Made by a program: the position numbers and the translations under genes
Shown here: in pieces, positions 1 through 40,410 of the stretch
Layout of the letters: the number at the start of each line of letters is the position of its first letter
How positions within the stretch are numbered: the stretch's first letter is position 1
Origin: the human T2T-CHM13v2.0 reference genome, Homo sapiens
NCBI RefSeq assembly: GCF_009914755.1
Contig: NC_060927.1
Length of the DNA stretch: 64,000 bases
Direction: 5' to 3' (one strand)
Notes under the pieces: model-generated
What the model saw: the letters and a program-made list of their open reading frames with translations, nothing else
Told to the model about the DNA's origin: nothing
The model's database searches: none

Positions 1-272
1 AGAGGCAGTTCCCATTACAAAGCACTTAAAATTCTAGAGATAGGGGAATATTCCATCATGGACATTTTTTAAGTGGTTATTCACTTTAACTTGAAGTACA
101 GGTTATCTACCCTGTATTAAAAGCTGCTGCCTAAAGACATCTAGTAGTACCAAGATGATGGGATGGAATTTTAACATCAGGTTTTGTAGCCCTACTGAAA
201 ATTTAGCACGATCAGCACAAGTCTAGAAACCAGACTACCCTGCTGTTCTCATGGAAGCTATGGGTATCACAT
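1..272 (-). other. TFRC: Proximal part of TFRC 3' UTR (continues beyond left edge)
   Basis: Follows the TAA stop at 275-273. No IRE hairpin is visible in this portion. Confidence 0.95.
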
Positions 273-25449
<25,177 letters not shown>

Positions 25450-25662
25450 TCTGAACTGCCACACAGAAGAACCTAGGTATCAGAATAGAGAATTATTGAG
25501 AAAGATACTACTGTATCAGATTAGTGAGCTTTCTATTACCAGGCTAAATGATACATTAAATTTTTAAAATACATTATCACTTTTCTAGAAAAGGTATTTA
25601 ACCATAGTTTACATGACAACTAAATTAAGTGGGATCCTTTTTAAAGTTTGTTATATACATAA

Positions 25663-26100
<438 letters not shown>

Positions 26101-26745
26101 TCAAAAAAAAAAGAAAGTGACACATACAAAAAGACAAAATTAAGACTAAGGCAGACAAGACCAGTTATGCTACAAATACCACAAACCATCTCCAATGGGA
26201 AGGGGAAGAAATACTGATCCTGACTGAATGAATAGTTCCTACAAGTGATTCGATCTTTGACACAAGAAGAAACATGAAACACAGATTACGCTGTTTTACA
26301 GATGAAGAGGCCAGTTATTAGAGAAACTAAGTGGCCTGTTCAAGGCTGAAAATTGATAATCTAAGCGAAGTTAAATGGGTTACTGGGTTATAGAAACTGT
26401 GTTATCATCTCTGGAAATTTAAGACATTAACCTTAACTTTTGTCAAAGCAAAATACATCTCTGTAATCAAAGTCCTAAGTTAAGTTAAAGGCCTTAACTG
26501 AAATCTGAATTTTCCAGTTAATTTGGTTTGAGGGCATCTAGATACTTGAAAATGACATTATCCTGAGATTTGCAAAATGGACATTTATTGGATACCATTT
26601 TAAAGCTTTTCCTATATACGAGTACACTTAGGGCATATTAAACACACACGGCACAAAGCAAGCTGTGAGGTATACGCAAATTGTAAAGCAAAGGGTATTA
26701 TAACTGGCATTAAGAAAAAGCTTTCTGGCCAGGCACGGTGGCTCA

Positions 26746-27045
<300 letters not shown>

Positions 27046-27143
27046 CTATTACAAAAAATTCTTTTTAAATTCAAGCTTTAAAAACCAGTGTCCATATGCA
27101 ATAGACCATATTCTTAGAAGCATAATCTTTTTTTTTTTCTTGA

Positions 27144-27251
<108 letters not shown>

Positions 27252-29884
27252 TAGCTGGGATTACAGGTGCCCACCACCATGCCCAGCTAATTTTTGTATT
27301 TTTAGTAGAGACGGGATTTTACCACGTTGGCCAGGCTGGTCTGGAACTTCTGACCTAGGGTGATCCACCCACCTGGCCTCCCAAAGTGCTAAGATTAGTT
27401 ACTTGATAAGAACATCCCAAGGAAATCGAAGGCGTGAGCCACTGCGCCCAGCCAGAAGCACAATCTTTTGCCCCTTCTGTTACAAAAAGCTTATCACTAC
27501 CACTCCACCAGAACAGTAAGGACCCAATCATTAGAGCCAGAACTGGAAGGCCCCACCCTGAACCAATTTTAATCATCCTTTTCTAGGAAAAAACATCTTG
27601 CAAGTTTTAACACTCATCTGAACCATCATTCCTCAAGTTTTCTTGTTTTAAATTAATTTTAAGAACACAAAGCGATGGCCGGGCATGGTGGCTCACGCCT
27701 GTAATCCCAGCAACACTTTGGGAGGCCGAGGCGAGCAGATCACCTGAGGTTGAGAGTTTGAGACTAGCCTGACCAAACATGGAGAAATCCCATCTCTACC
27801 AAAAAAATACAAAATTAGCCGGGCATGGTGGCGCATGCCTGTAATCCCAGCTACTGGGGAGGCTGAGGCAGGAGAATCACTTGAACCTGGGGGAGGTGGA
27901 GGTTGCAGGGAGCCGAGATCACACCATTGCACTACAGCCTGGGCAACAAGTGTGAAACTCTGTCAAAAATAAATAAATAAATAATAATCTAAGCTACTTG
28001 TGTTATCTTTGGTGTTCTCAATGGTGACTGAAAACAACAATTCAATTTCTCACATTAATAATGAAGCTCAGGTAGGCAAAACGTAGCCCCACGTTTTGAA
28101 CCATGAAATGGAACACATTCACTGCCTAACAACTTCACTACCCTCTATTTTCTCCAAAATCAGACAGAATCCAGCCCCTGTTTTTACCCACCAACATTCT
28201 TCTCTGTTCCTTGAGGTCCTCCTCATTTCTTCCAGGCTCAGCTCAAGGCTTCATCTCTATGAAGCCTTCTCTGACTGACTTCCCTATCCTGTAATAACTG
28301 GTATTGAACTACCTGATAATGAGTAAAAATATTGTCTTTAACAGTACTGGGGCATGCCTGATGCATGAGATTCCAAATGATATGAAAAATATAATGAAAA
28401 CATTGGACCAGGAATCTTTTCCCGTCCCCATCACTCTTCTGGTTTAGTAGGGAGTTTTTTTGTTGTTGTTTTTGAGATGGCATCTCGCTGTCGCGCAGGC
28501 TGGAGTGCAGTAGCACGATCTCAGCTCACTACAACCTCTGCCTCCCAGGTTAAAGCGACTCTCGAGCCTCAGCCTCCTGAGTGGCTGGGATTACAGGTGT
28601 GCACCACCATGCCCAGCTAATTTTTGTATTTTTCGTAGAGACGGGGTTTCACCATGTTGGCCAGGCTAGTCTCGAACTCCTCACCACAAGTGATCCACCT
28701 GCCTCGGCCTCCCAAAGTGCTGGAATTACAGACGTGAGCCACCATGCCCGGCTAATTTTTGTGTTTTTAGTAGAGACAGGATTTCACCATGTTAGTCAGA
28801 CTGGACTCGAACTCCTGACCTTAGGTGATCCGCCTGCCTTGGCCTCCCAAAGTGCTGGGATTACAGGCGGGAGCCAATGCGCCCAGCCGAGGGTCATTTT
28901 TAACTAGCATTGTGATCGATTCAGGTTTAGCTGGGAATCTTGCTCCATGACATTTAAATACATTATCAGAGGCAAGTAACTGCCTCGCCTTAGGGCGGAG
29001 TTAGCCAAACTGCTGTCTATCTAACAATCTTCAACACAGGCTAGGTTTACAGCCACCATTACTTGATAAGAACATCCAAAGGAAACTGAAGGATGCTATG
29101 CTACATATAACCTTGCAAAATCGATGACAAAAATTATCTTAACTCTGAGTTTTCTTGAGAAGCATATTGTAACCCAAAATTCAGGGCCGGGGGGCGGGGG
29201 GAACCAGCAGGGTCCACAAGTACTCTAGACAGCCTAACCTTAATTTTCACAGTAAGCTTAGCATATAAGCATGGGGTAGCCAAATACAATTTCCTACTTT
29301 AATCCTCTTATCAACGGGGAAGAAAATGGAAAAAGCTGCAGAATCCAGTCCCCCGGGTAAGTGAGGTCTCTACAAGCAGTAAGCAGAGGGAAAGCGTTAT
29401 CCGAAAAGAGCCGAATCAGAATGTATTTTCTTACCCACCCTCCCAACCTTAAAAGAACTGTCCAGCAGAATGTGACACAATCGGCCTCTCCGGCGCCCAT
29501 CAATCCAGCACAGCCCTCTGACCACACCGCTAATCTCCAAGTATCTTTCACAAATAAGTCACTCCTATGGCTCCCGTCTTGTAGTGAGAACTGCTAGCAA
29601 TATTCTTAATGTGAACACCTGCGGCGTTCAGTCGGATTCTGCCTTGAGAAAACAGAATCCACACACAAGGCGAACAGGCAGAGCATGGCAAGATCAGGTT
29701 GTACCAGAGCCGAAGGGTAAGTTTACAGAAACCCGTATCTAATTAATGCCTGTAACACGCTAGTAACCGAATCGGGGACAGCTTTGTCCCTTTCCGCAGT
29801 GAGAACGGGGCCCGCCCGGAGCCCGGGGAACCGAAGGTTTAGGAGCCCAAGGTCACCCACGAATCCCAGCCGTTCCCTGGGGCG

Positions 29885-29905
29885 ACTTCCTGGAGCAGCC
29901 ACGTG
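29885..29905. promoter_or_regulatory. Intron 1 canonical E-box (CACGTG, 29900-29905) with adjacent Ets core (acttcctg)
   Basis: Motifs seen directly. TFRC is an established MYC target through an intron-1 E-box, and identifying it with this site is inference. Confidence 0.7.
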
Positions 29906-30180
29906 TTCCCCCGGCGCCGCACGCCGCGCAGCTGCACCTTGGCTGCGCCCGCGCTCCCGGACCCGCAGCCCGGAGCCGGCGCACTAGGGCCTGCGGCCTT
30001 CAAGGGCGAGGACCCGAAGTCCCCGGGGCTGAGAGCGACAGTGGGGGTACACCTGGTCTCGTCATTCGTCGCTCTGTGACCGAGGAGGCGGGCAAGAAGG
30101 CAGAGAGAAGGGAAGGGACGAGAGGCGAAGGGACGAGAGGCGCAGGGACGCCTCTGCGCACAGCCGCCGACCCCGTGTAC

Positions 30181-30440
30181 CTGCAGCCGCTCGAGGCGCC
30201 GCCACAGCCCCTTCCCCACAGGCTCGCGGCCCCGCTCCATCCCGGCCGCCCCGCCTGGGGCCGCGACCGCTTTCCCGCTCCCCGTGCGGCTCCCTATGGC
30301 TGCTGGACAGCACCGGAGCGGCCGCTCCAGCCAGCCCCGCAGGATGAAGGGAGGACACGAGGGTCGGTGTAGTTCTAGAAGCCCGCACTCACACTAGCGC
30401 GTCCTCCGTCCCGAGCCGCCACCCGATATCCCGACGCTCT
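30181..30440 (-). other. TFRC: TFRC non-coding exon 1 with two alternative donors (short form ends 30393, long form ends 30181)
   Basis: CTAGT|gtgagt at 30393 and TGCAG|gtacac at 30181. TSS about 30440, roughly 28 nt downstream of TATAAA. This matches my recollection of two mRNA variants. Confidence 0.85.
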
Positions 30441-30467
30441 GAGGGGATGGCGGCCCCTAACCGGCGG

Positions 30468-30529
30468 TTTATAGCCTGGCCCCGCCCCCGGCCCCCAGGG
30501 GGGCTGTGCGTCACTTCCTGAGGCACGTA
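30468..30529 (-). promoter_or_regulatory. TFRC: TFRC core promoter: TATAAA (30473-30468), GC box (30480-30489), AP-1/CRE-like TGACGCA (30513-30507), Ets CAGGAAGTG (30520-30512), HIF site TACGTG (30529-30524)
   Basis: Motifs read directly. The arrangement agrees with the described TFRC promoter control region and hypoxia response element. Confidence 0.9.
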
Positions 30530-31592
30530 CGCTCGCGAGGTGCTCTGACAGATCGCCCGGGGGGCGGGGATGCGCGCGCAGCGGGCGGGGCCCTCTGCGG
30601 AGGGCGCTGCGGGCGAGACGAAGGCCAAGGGAAAAGGCGCCAAGGCAGCAGGTGCCCCGAGGAGCCGCGCGATGGGCGCACTGGCCTCTGCCTCGGCGCC
30701 TTCCTCCACCCTGGTAGCCTGGCAGCCTCCGCCTGACCTTGACCAACCTCCAGTCCCTGCAGTGCTAGGTCCAATCTGTTGGCGTTGACGCTTAAATGTT
30801 GGATATTGCACTGCGGCAGTGCCTTGAAATGTACGTGCAGGATGGAATGTTAGGTAACTATTAAAGCCACTCTTGTGAAGATGTATTTTGCAGCCTCAGA
30901 AATACAAAAAGGAAAAGAAAAGCAAAATGCAAATTTTTATTCAGAATGTATACAAGCTGCACTTTAACCAAGACTAGCGGAGTGCTTTGCGTAATGTTTA
31001 ATGCATGAGGGAATAAAAGGGAAAATAGAAACAAGTGACTTAATAGGGTGATAGGATTGTAGATTAACTTTCGTTTTCATTGCCATCGCTGTTATTGGAT
31101 TGTGCAATGAATAACAAATAAATAAAATTCAATTCTTGTCACTGTTTAAACTCTTTCCAAACAATCACACCCTCTCCCTCCCTCTGGTCAGTAACCAGCA
31201 GGCCAGGGAGGTAGTAGCTACAATGCAAGAAAGCAACCCATACCTTAAAAAGCATTGCACATAAACTGACCTTCAGGCCCGTAGGGACACAGAACAGCCC
31301 TTTAAGAAGCAAATCCGTTTCTGGGCCTTGGGCTTTTACTCTTCCCTTTATTTCTTCTGCTCTAAGATAGAGAAAGTACTTGGGATTCTCACCGCCTTTC
31401 TCTTTACTCCCATTCTCTAAAATCTCTCTCCCCAAAGAGAAGTGTTTAAAAGTCATATGAGTTGCCAGGCGCGGTGGCTCACGCCTGCAATCCTAACACT
31501 TTGGGAGGCCGAGGTGAGTGGATCACGAGGTCTGGAGTTCGAGACCAGCCTGACCAATATGGTGAAACCCCATCTCTACTAAAAAAATTTCA

Positions 31593-31763
<171 letters not shown>

Positions 31764-32871
31764 TCATATGAGCAGGAGCATTGCTGCACCTTTAATGATC
31801 TAATCAGGAAAAGGTTAAGGATGCACATCCACAGAGGGCCTACCTTAACATTCAGACACCAGGCCTGCTCCCCTGTGGTGTTCCTTCTTTATTTCTTTAA
31901 TTATTAATTTTATTTATTTTTATTATTTTTACTTTTAAGACAGTGTCTTGCTCTGTCACCCTGGCTGGAGTACAGTGGCATGATCTCGGGCTCACTGCAA
32001 CCTCTGCCTCCGGATTCAAGCGATTCTCCTGCCTCAGCCTCCCAAGTAGCTGGGACTACAGGTGTGTGCCACCATGCCAGGCTAATTTTTGTATTTTGAG
32101 GAGTGACGGGATTTTATCATGTTGGCCAGGCTTGTCTCGAATTCCTGACCTCAGGTGATCTGCCCACCTTGGCCTCCTAAAATGTTGGGATAACAGGCAT
32201 GAGCCACCATGCCCAGCCTATTTATTTTTTATTTTTAATTTGACGCAGGGTTTGCTATGTAGCCCAGACTAGTCTTGAACTCCTGGGCTCAAACAATCCT
32301 CCTGCCTCCGGTCTCCCAAAGTGCTGGGATTATAGGCATGAGCTAACATGCCTGGCTTTCTGCCTTTCCTTGACTGAAGTATCTTTTAAAAAGAAACAAA
32401 CAATGCTGGTATTTGCAGGTGAAAATCTTATAGCCTCATGGAGGACATAGGTTTAGGTGGCCAGATGCGATGGCTAATCCCTGTAATCCCAACACTTTGG
32501 GAGACTGAGGCAGGTGGATCTTCTGAGGTCAGGAGTTCAAGACCAGCCTGGCCAGCATGATAAAACCCCATCACAACTAAAAATACAAAATTTAGTCTGG
32601 CGTGGTGGCGCACACCTGTAGTCCCAGCTACTCCAGAGGCTGAGGCAGGAGAATCGTTTGAACCCGGGAGGGGGGTGGCTGCAGTGAGCTGAGATCACAC
32701 CACTGCCCTTCAGCCTGGGCAGCAGAGCAAGACTCTGTCTCAAAAAAAAAAAAAAAAAAGAAAGAAAGAAAGAAAAGAAAAGAAAGAAAAATATGTTTAG
32801 GAGACATTTAGAGGCCAGGACCATTTGGACATGAAAATTCAAATCTCAAAAATTTATATTCACTAAAATAA

Positions 32872-33192
<321 letters not shown>

Positions 33193-33544
33193 TGAACTCC
33201 TGCCCTCATGATCTGCCTGCCTTGGCCTCCCAAAGTGCTGGGATTACAGGCGTGAGCCACCGAGCCTGGCCAAATTATTCGAAATTATTATTGGAAATTA
33301 TTTAATTTCCAACCCTCCACAAACTATTCCATGAGGCTTACCTCATCCTGGAACTAAAACTCTTGCAGTTCTTCTGCATCGTACACAGAAATACGAGAAG
33401 TTTCATAAAGGGAAGGAGGTTGGCAAGGAAAAAGATACCATGAGCTGTGGGGAAAAGAAAAGAGCACAAAGCCTGGAGGGCCAAGAAGCTGGAGTTCTCA
33501 ACTTTCCTGAGCCTGGGTTGTACCAGCTCTAAAATGGGAATAAA

Positions 33545-33873
<329 letters not shown>

Positions 33874-34838
33874 TTAGGGTCTAGAAGACCCTAAAAGCAA
33901 TGACTGGCACATCATACACTGTTGGTCAGCATGGTTGAATCAGAGTCCTCGTGGGGCGGAGTGGGGTCAGGTAGGAACGTGACGTGGAAGATGTCTGCAG
34001 ACTGGGATGGATGTGGGCTCATGAAGAGGAAGGATGAAGGCATTTCAGCAGAGGAGAACCGGCCACCTGAAGGCTCTGTAGTGAGAAGGAGCCTGTGGTG
34101 TGTGTTAAAATTCCTAAGGAGATGTCTGACAGCTAATTCAGGGGAATTACTGCTGGAAACAACAGTGCAGGATGATTAACGGCAAAATTCTGCCTCCCTC
34201 TCTTTTTTCTTCACCAAGAGATGAAAGCAGAAGTCTTGCTTTTTGGTGAGAGAGAACTGGCAGGAAAAGCAAACCAGATAAGCCACTTACCTAGTGAAAG
34301 AGCCCCAGCTGGCAGGGCATGGAGGCTCACGCCTGTAATCCCAGCACTTTGGGAGGCAGAGGCAGGAGGATCACTTGAGGTCAGGAGTTCGAGACCAGCC
34401 TGGCCAACATGACAAGACACTGTCTCTACTAAAAATACAAAAATTAGCCAGGCGTGGTTTTGTGTGCCCATAATCTCAGCTACTTAGGAGGCTGAGGCAG
34501 GAGAATCGTTTGAACCTGGGAGGCGGAGGTTGCAGTAAGCTGAGGCTGGGCCACTGCACTCCAGTCTGGGTGACAAAGTGAGTCCGCCTCAAAAATAAAA
34601 TAAAAAGCCCCCGCCTAGAAATTAGCAACTTGTCCCAGTGGGACTGTCACCCACTGTGCTGCGGAAACATGGGCGTCAGTCATGGCTCTGTACTTCATTT
34701 TCCCTGTCTGCCATGTGGAAATAATATCCCTTTATTGCCTTCATTCATTTACCAGTGAAATAAAAAGTAAGAAAACTTATTAAACTACATGTTTATACAA
34801 ATTTAAGGTGTTACTAGTGCAGAGCCCAGTCTAAGTGA

Positions 34839-35243
<405 letters not shown>

Positions 35244-35385
35244 TAATGCCATCATTATTTATCGAGTACTGTTATGTGCTGGAAAAGGACGTGTAAAGAG
35301 GTAAGAAGCAAGTCTGTACCCCTGAAAAGGCAAACAATGTAGCTGGGGAAGCATAATGTATATTTATAAGAACTTATATTTAAAG

Positions 35386-36480
35386 GCCAGGCCTAGTGCG
35401 GGGGCTCATGCCTCTAATCCCAGCACTCAAGAGGCCAAGGCAGGAGGATCGATTGCTTGAGGCCGGGAGTTCAAGACCAGCCTGTGCAACACAGTGAGAC
35501 CCCCTATCTCTACAAAAAAAACTTAAAAATTGCCAGGTGTGGTGGTGCTGCCTGTAGTCCCAGCTACTCTGGGGGCTGAAGTGGGAGGATGGCTGGAGCC
35601 CAGGAGTTCAGGGTTACAATGAACTGTGATTGCACCACTGCACCCAGCCTGGGCAACAGAGCAAGACCCTGTCTCAACTAATAATAATAATAATAATAAT
35701 AAATATATAATGCCAGTCACTGTGGCTGTAGTGAGCCGAGATTACATCACTGCACCCAGCCTGGGCAACAGAGCAAGACCCTGTCTCAAATAATAATAAT
35801 AATAAATATATAATGCCAGTCACTGAGGCTGTAGTGAGCCGAGATTGCACCACTGCACTCCAGCCTGGGCAACAGAGCAAGACCCTGTCTCAAATAATAA
35901 GAATAATAAGAATAAATATATAATGCCAGTCACTGTGGCTCATGTCTGTAATCCCAGTACTTTGGGAGGCCGAGGCAGGTGGATGGCCTGAGTGCGGGCA
36001 TTTGAGACCAGCCTGGACAACATGGCAAAACCCCATCTCTACCAAAAATACAAAAAATTAGCTGGGCATCTGGAGGCTGAGGTGAGAGAACAGCTTGAGC
36101 TTGGGACGCTGAGGCTGTAGTGAGCCAAGATTGCATTGCTGCACCCAGCCTGGGCAACAGAGCAAGACCCTTTCTCAAATAATAATAATAACAATAATAA
36201 TAATAATAAATATATAATGCCAGTCACCGTGGCTCATGTCTGTAATCCGCAGTGCTTTGGGAGGCCGAGGCAGATGGATGGCCTGAGTGCAGGAGTTCGA
36301 GACCAGCCTGGACAACATGGCGAAACCCCATCTCTACCAATAGTACAAAAAATTAGCTGGGCATCTGGAGGCTGAGGTGAGAGAATGGCTTGAGCTTGGG
36401 AGGCTGAGGCTGTAGTGAGCTGGGATTGCATCACTGCACCCAGCGTGGGCAACAGAGTGAGACTGTCTCAAAAAAAAAAA
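35386..36480 (+). repeat. Tandemly amplified Alu-end/(AAT)n/linker composite
   Basis: Linker aaatatataatgccagtcac occurs at 35701, 35804, 35914 and 36208, each after an Alu 3' end with an (AAT)n tail. Confidence 0.9.
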
Positions 36481-36925
36481 TCCCACAAAAATACCATTAA
36501 TTTGCCAACTTTGTAATAGAGTTACAAAGTTGCCACTTGCTCTTTCTGGGGTCCTACCTGTGGCCCAAACAGCAGATGAAGTCTCTTAGGTCAGCATTTC
36601 TCAAACGTTTTTTACTGCATTTCATGGACAAATGTCCATCTTACTTCACAACTCAGTACACCCATGTGTATGCGTGTGTATACACGTGTATATTTCCTTC
36701 AGTATACCCACGTGGATGCGTGTGTATATATGTGTATATTTCCTTGAAACCCAAAGTAAAAGTTTCATGAAATAATACCCTTGAGGTGTGGAAAGCCCTC
36801 CAGAATTTTCTATTCTATTTAATAGTAAAAATGCTAATTTTTAACCCATTCAATTGATTTCCCAATGGGCCGTAACCTATTTTTGAAAAGCATAGTCCTA
36901 GGCCATTTCCTCTCTCAGAGCACAA

Positions 36926-36975
36926 GACTTTTTAGTGAACAGGATAAATGACTTTTTAGTGAACAGGATAAATGA
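36926..36975. repeat. Perfect 24-bp tandem duplication
   Basis: gactttttagtgaacaggataaat x2. Confidence 0.95.
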
Positions 36976-38131
36976 TGCTCAAAGTTAAATTTCAATTCCC
37001 AAGGTTTCTCCCTGTTCTTTCTGCTTGTCGCTGTTTCAACTTTCTACCGCCCTATATTTCAGCAAATATTGGTTACGGTTTTTTTGTTTGTTTGCTTGTT
37101 TGTTTGTTTTTAATGAGTTGGGAGGCTGAGTTAGAAGGCAGAGAGAAAGTCTTTTCAATCTTTTTTTTTTTTTGAGATGGAGTCTCACTCTGTCACCCAG
37201 GCTGGAGTGCAGTGATGCAATCTCGGCTCACCACAACCTCTGCCACCTGGGTTCAAGTGATTCTCCTGCCTCAGCCTCCTGAGTAGCTGGGACTACAGGC
37301 GCACCACCACGCCTGGATAATTTTTGTATTTTTATTAGAGATGGGGTTTCACCATGTTGGCCGGGCTGGTCTCGAACTCCTGACCCCAGTGATCCACCCG
37401 CCTCAGCCTCCCAAAGTGCTGGGATTACAGGCGTGAGACACCACACCCAGTGTTTTCACTATTTTTACTTTTTTAAATTTCTTAAAATAAAATATGTAGA
37501 ACGAGGGTCTCCCTATGTTGCCCAGGCTGGTCTCAAACTCCTGGGCTCAAGGGATCCTTCTGCCTCGGCCTCCCAAGGTGCTAGGATTACAGGCTTGAGC
37601 CACCATGCCCGGCCTGAAGTCTTTTCAAATGCTGTCAAATAGCTGCACACACTCCGGTCAGTGAGGGCAGCACCCTGCCTGTCACACGGCTGGTCTTCAC
37701 AGCAGCTTCTACAGAAATCACTCTAACCTACCTTTAGCTCTGACCCTAGCTCCTATTTAACATGCCGGATCCATTTTATTTTCCTTGGAATCCTAAGCCT
37801 CGGGCAATCACTTTAGAACCAGAGTCATAAAATAAAAATGTGGAGCTCTGCCACTTTGGAAGAGGATGCAACCTAGAAAAAAGGCAGGTGGACTGTCAAC
37901 TCATAGATTTGAGGTTGATACTATTTTCCATTTTATTTTGCATTTCTTTTTCTCCACCCTCAGTTTCCTGTCCTTATCCTGCTGACTCAATTATTTTTTC
38001 TTTCTCCATTGCCAAACGGAAGGTCACCCACGAGAACATGGAATAGGGGCAAGATTCAGATTAATATGGAGGAGTTTGCTCCCATTTTATAGCAAATGGA
38101 AAGGTTACTTAGGACAGTGAAAGATAACTAA

Positions 38132-38275
<144 letters not shown>

Positions 38276-38278
38276 TGA

Positions 38279-38446
<168 letters not shown>

Positions 38447-38878
38447 TAGCCAAAGACAATTTTTAAATTGATTACAAGGACATTTATGCCAACCAGTACA
38501 GTGGTCTAAGTTGAAGTTTTGAGTAGGATATGAAGTTCTATTTAGTCCCATTCGGAGGCAAAATAGAACTCACTGCATAATAGAGTTTCAAGTTCAGAAG
38601 GAACTATATAACTAATGTACTGTCTCTGACCTATAATAGGTGCTCAAAAAATGTATGTTGAATTAATTCAACAAAATTCCTCTACTTCACCTCATCAGGT
38701 GGTTATCTAGTGTCTCCTTTACCTCTCCAATGGGAGCAAATCTATAATTTCCCAAAGCAGAAAGACCTGGGCAGTTTGAACTGTCAGAAAGTTTTTATCT
38801 GGGCCAGGTGCGGTGGCTCACGTCTATAATATCAGCACTGTGGGAGGCCAAGGTGGGCAGATAACCTGAGGTCATTCA

Positions 38879-39109
<231 letters not shown>

Positions 39110-39459
39110 CTAAATTCTCTCTCCCTCTTCTATATATTAATTATTTTATATATATATATATTTTTTTTTAAATAGATATGGGGTCTTGCTATGTTGCTCA
39201 GGCTGGTCTCAAACTCCTGGGATCAAGCAGTCCTCCTACCTCAGCCTCCCAAAGTGTTGGGATTACAGGTGTGAGCCAACACGCCCATCCTATAAATTAA
39301 TTATTGTTTGAAGACTGCTCTCCTGTTCACAGCTGTCTTCTCCAGCTAAATATCCAAATCTCTTCTAATGGTTACCACAGGGCGTGATTCCATGTCTCCC
39401 CACCCACTGGTCACTTTGTGGTTTTTTTGTGTGTTTTTTTTTTTATTTTTTTGTTTTGA

Positions 39460-39660
<201 letters not shown>

Positions 39661-40119
39661 TGACCTGCCCGCCTTGGCCTCCCAAAGTGCTAGGATTACA
39701 GGCATGAGCCACCGCGCCAGGCCCCACTGGTCATTTTTGGAAGTATAGTTTGGCCAATCCAGAGGGGGCAGGAACATCATTCCCCTGTTGTAGATGCTGC
39801 AGCTTTTGGTGGCCATCTGTCTGCCACCATATTCACTACCTTAATAGCCACTGTCTATTGTTAACTTCTGTTGAGTTTTCAGCAGGGTTCAAGGGAATAG
39901 ATCAATCTTTGGAGCAGAAAGACCTGGGCCCCAAATCTAGTTTTGCCGTGTACTAGTACCCTCTATGCTCCTTTTATCATGGAGAATGTGATATCCAGGT
40001 ACTGTTACAGTCTACTATAGCGTATGAAGAGGATGTGTCCCCGCTTATCACCAGTCTAATTCAGCTGGAGGTGGAAAAGAGCCTGATCTATTTGGCTAGG
40101 AACATCCTTGCCTTGGAGC

Positions 40120-40410
40120 TGAATAAAAATAGCCAAGGTTTATTGTACATCTACCAGGTGCTCCATTCTAGCGCCTTTAAACATATGAGCTCATGCAATC
40201 CTCAGAACAATTCTTAAAAATAAATTCTTAAAAAAAATTAAAAACTCTTAAAAATAAAGAGGTAATCCCATTTTCAGGTGTGGAAACTAGCTTAATACAG
40301 AAGTAAAGTAACTTGCCCCATGTCACATGGCTAATAAATAGTGACAGCAAGAATTCAAGCCTAGGTCATCTAGCTTCTAACCTGGCCCTAAAAAATTCCA
40401 CTACACTGCC
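40120..40410. mobile_element. MIR remnant
   Basis: atcccattttcaggtgtggaaact...aagtaacttgccc.atgtcacatggcta.taa.tagtgacagc..gaattcaagcctaggtc. Confidence 0.75.

Larger units (their letters stand above)
29750..30760. promoter_or_regulatory. TFRC: CpG island over TFRC promoter, exon 1 and proximal intron 1
   Basis: Very GC-rich with dense CpG and no interspersed repeats. Boundaries are approximate. Confidence 0.95.

Noticed and set aside
1-272. Iron-responsive elements in TFRC 3' UTR
   Set aside because: No CAGUGN-loop hairpin is visible in the included 272 nt. The known IREs lie further 3', outside the window.
28455-28890. Three-arm Alu structures (also about 56320-56915) and nested or partially deleted Alus
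   Set aside because: These are common Alu-in-Alu insertion or recombination products in Alu-dense DNA, with no sign of function.
29784-30811. Overlapping Arg/Gly/Pro-rich ORFs in the CpG island
   Set aside because: They reflect stop-codon scarcity in GC-rich DNA. Only the ATG at 30240 is kept, as a spliced uORF candidate.
30808-30822. CAGTGC-containing inverted repeat as a possible IRE
   Set aside because: It lies upstream of the TSS, and CAGTGC forms the stem rather than the loop.
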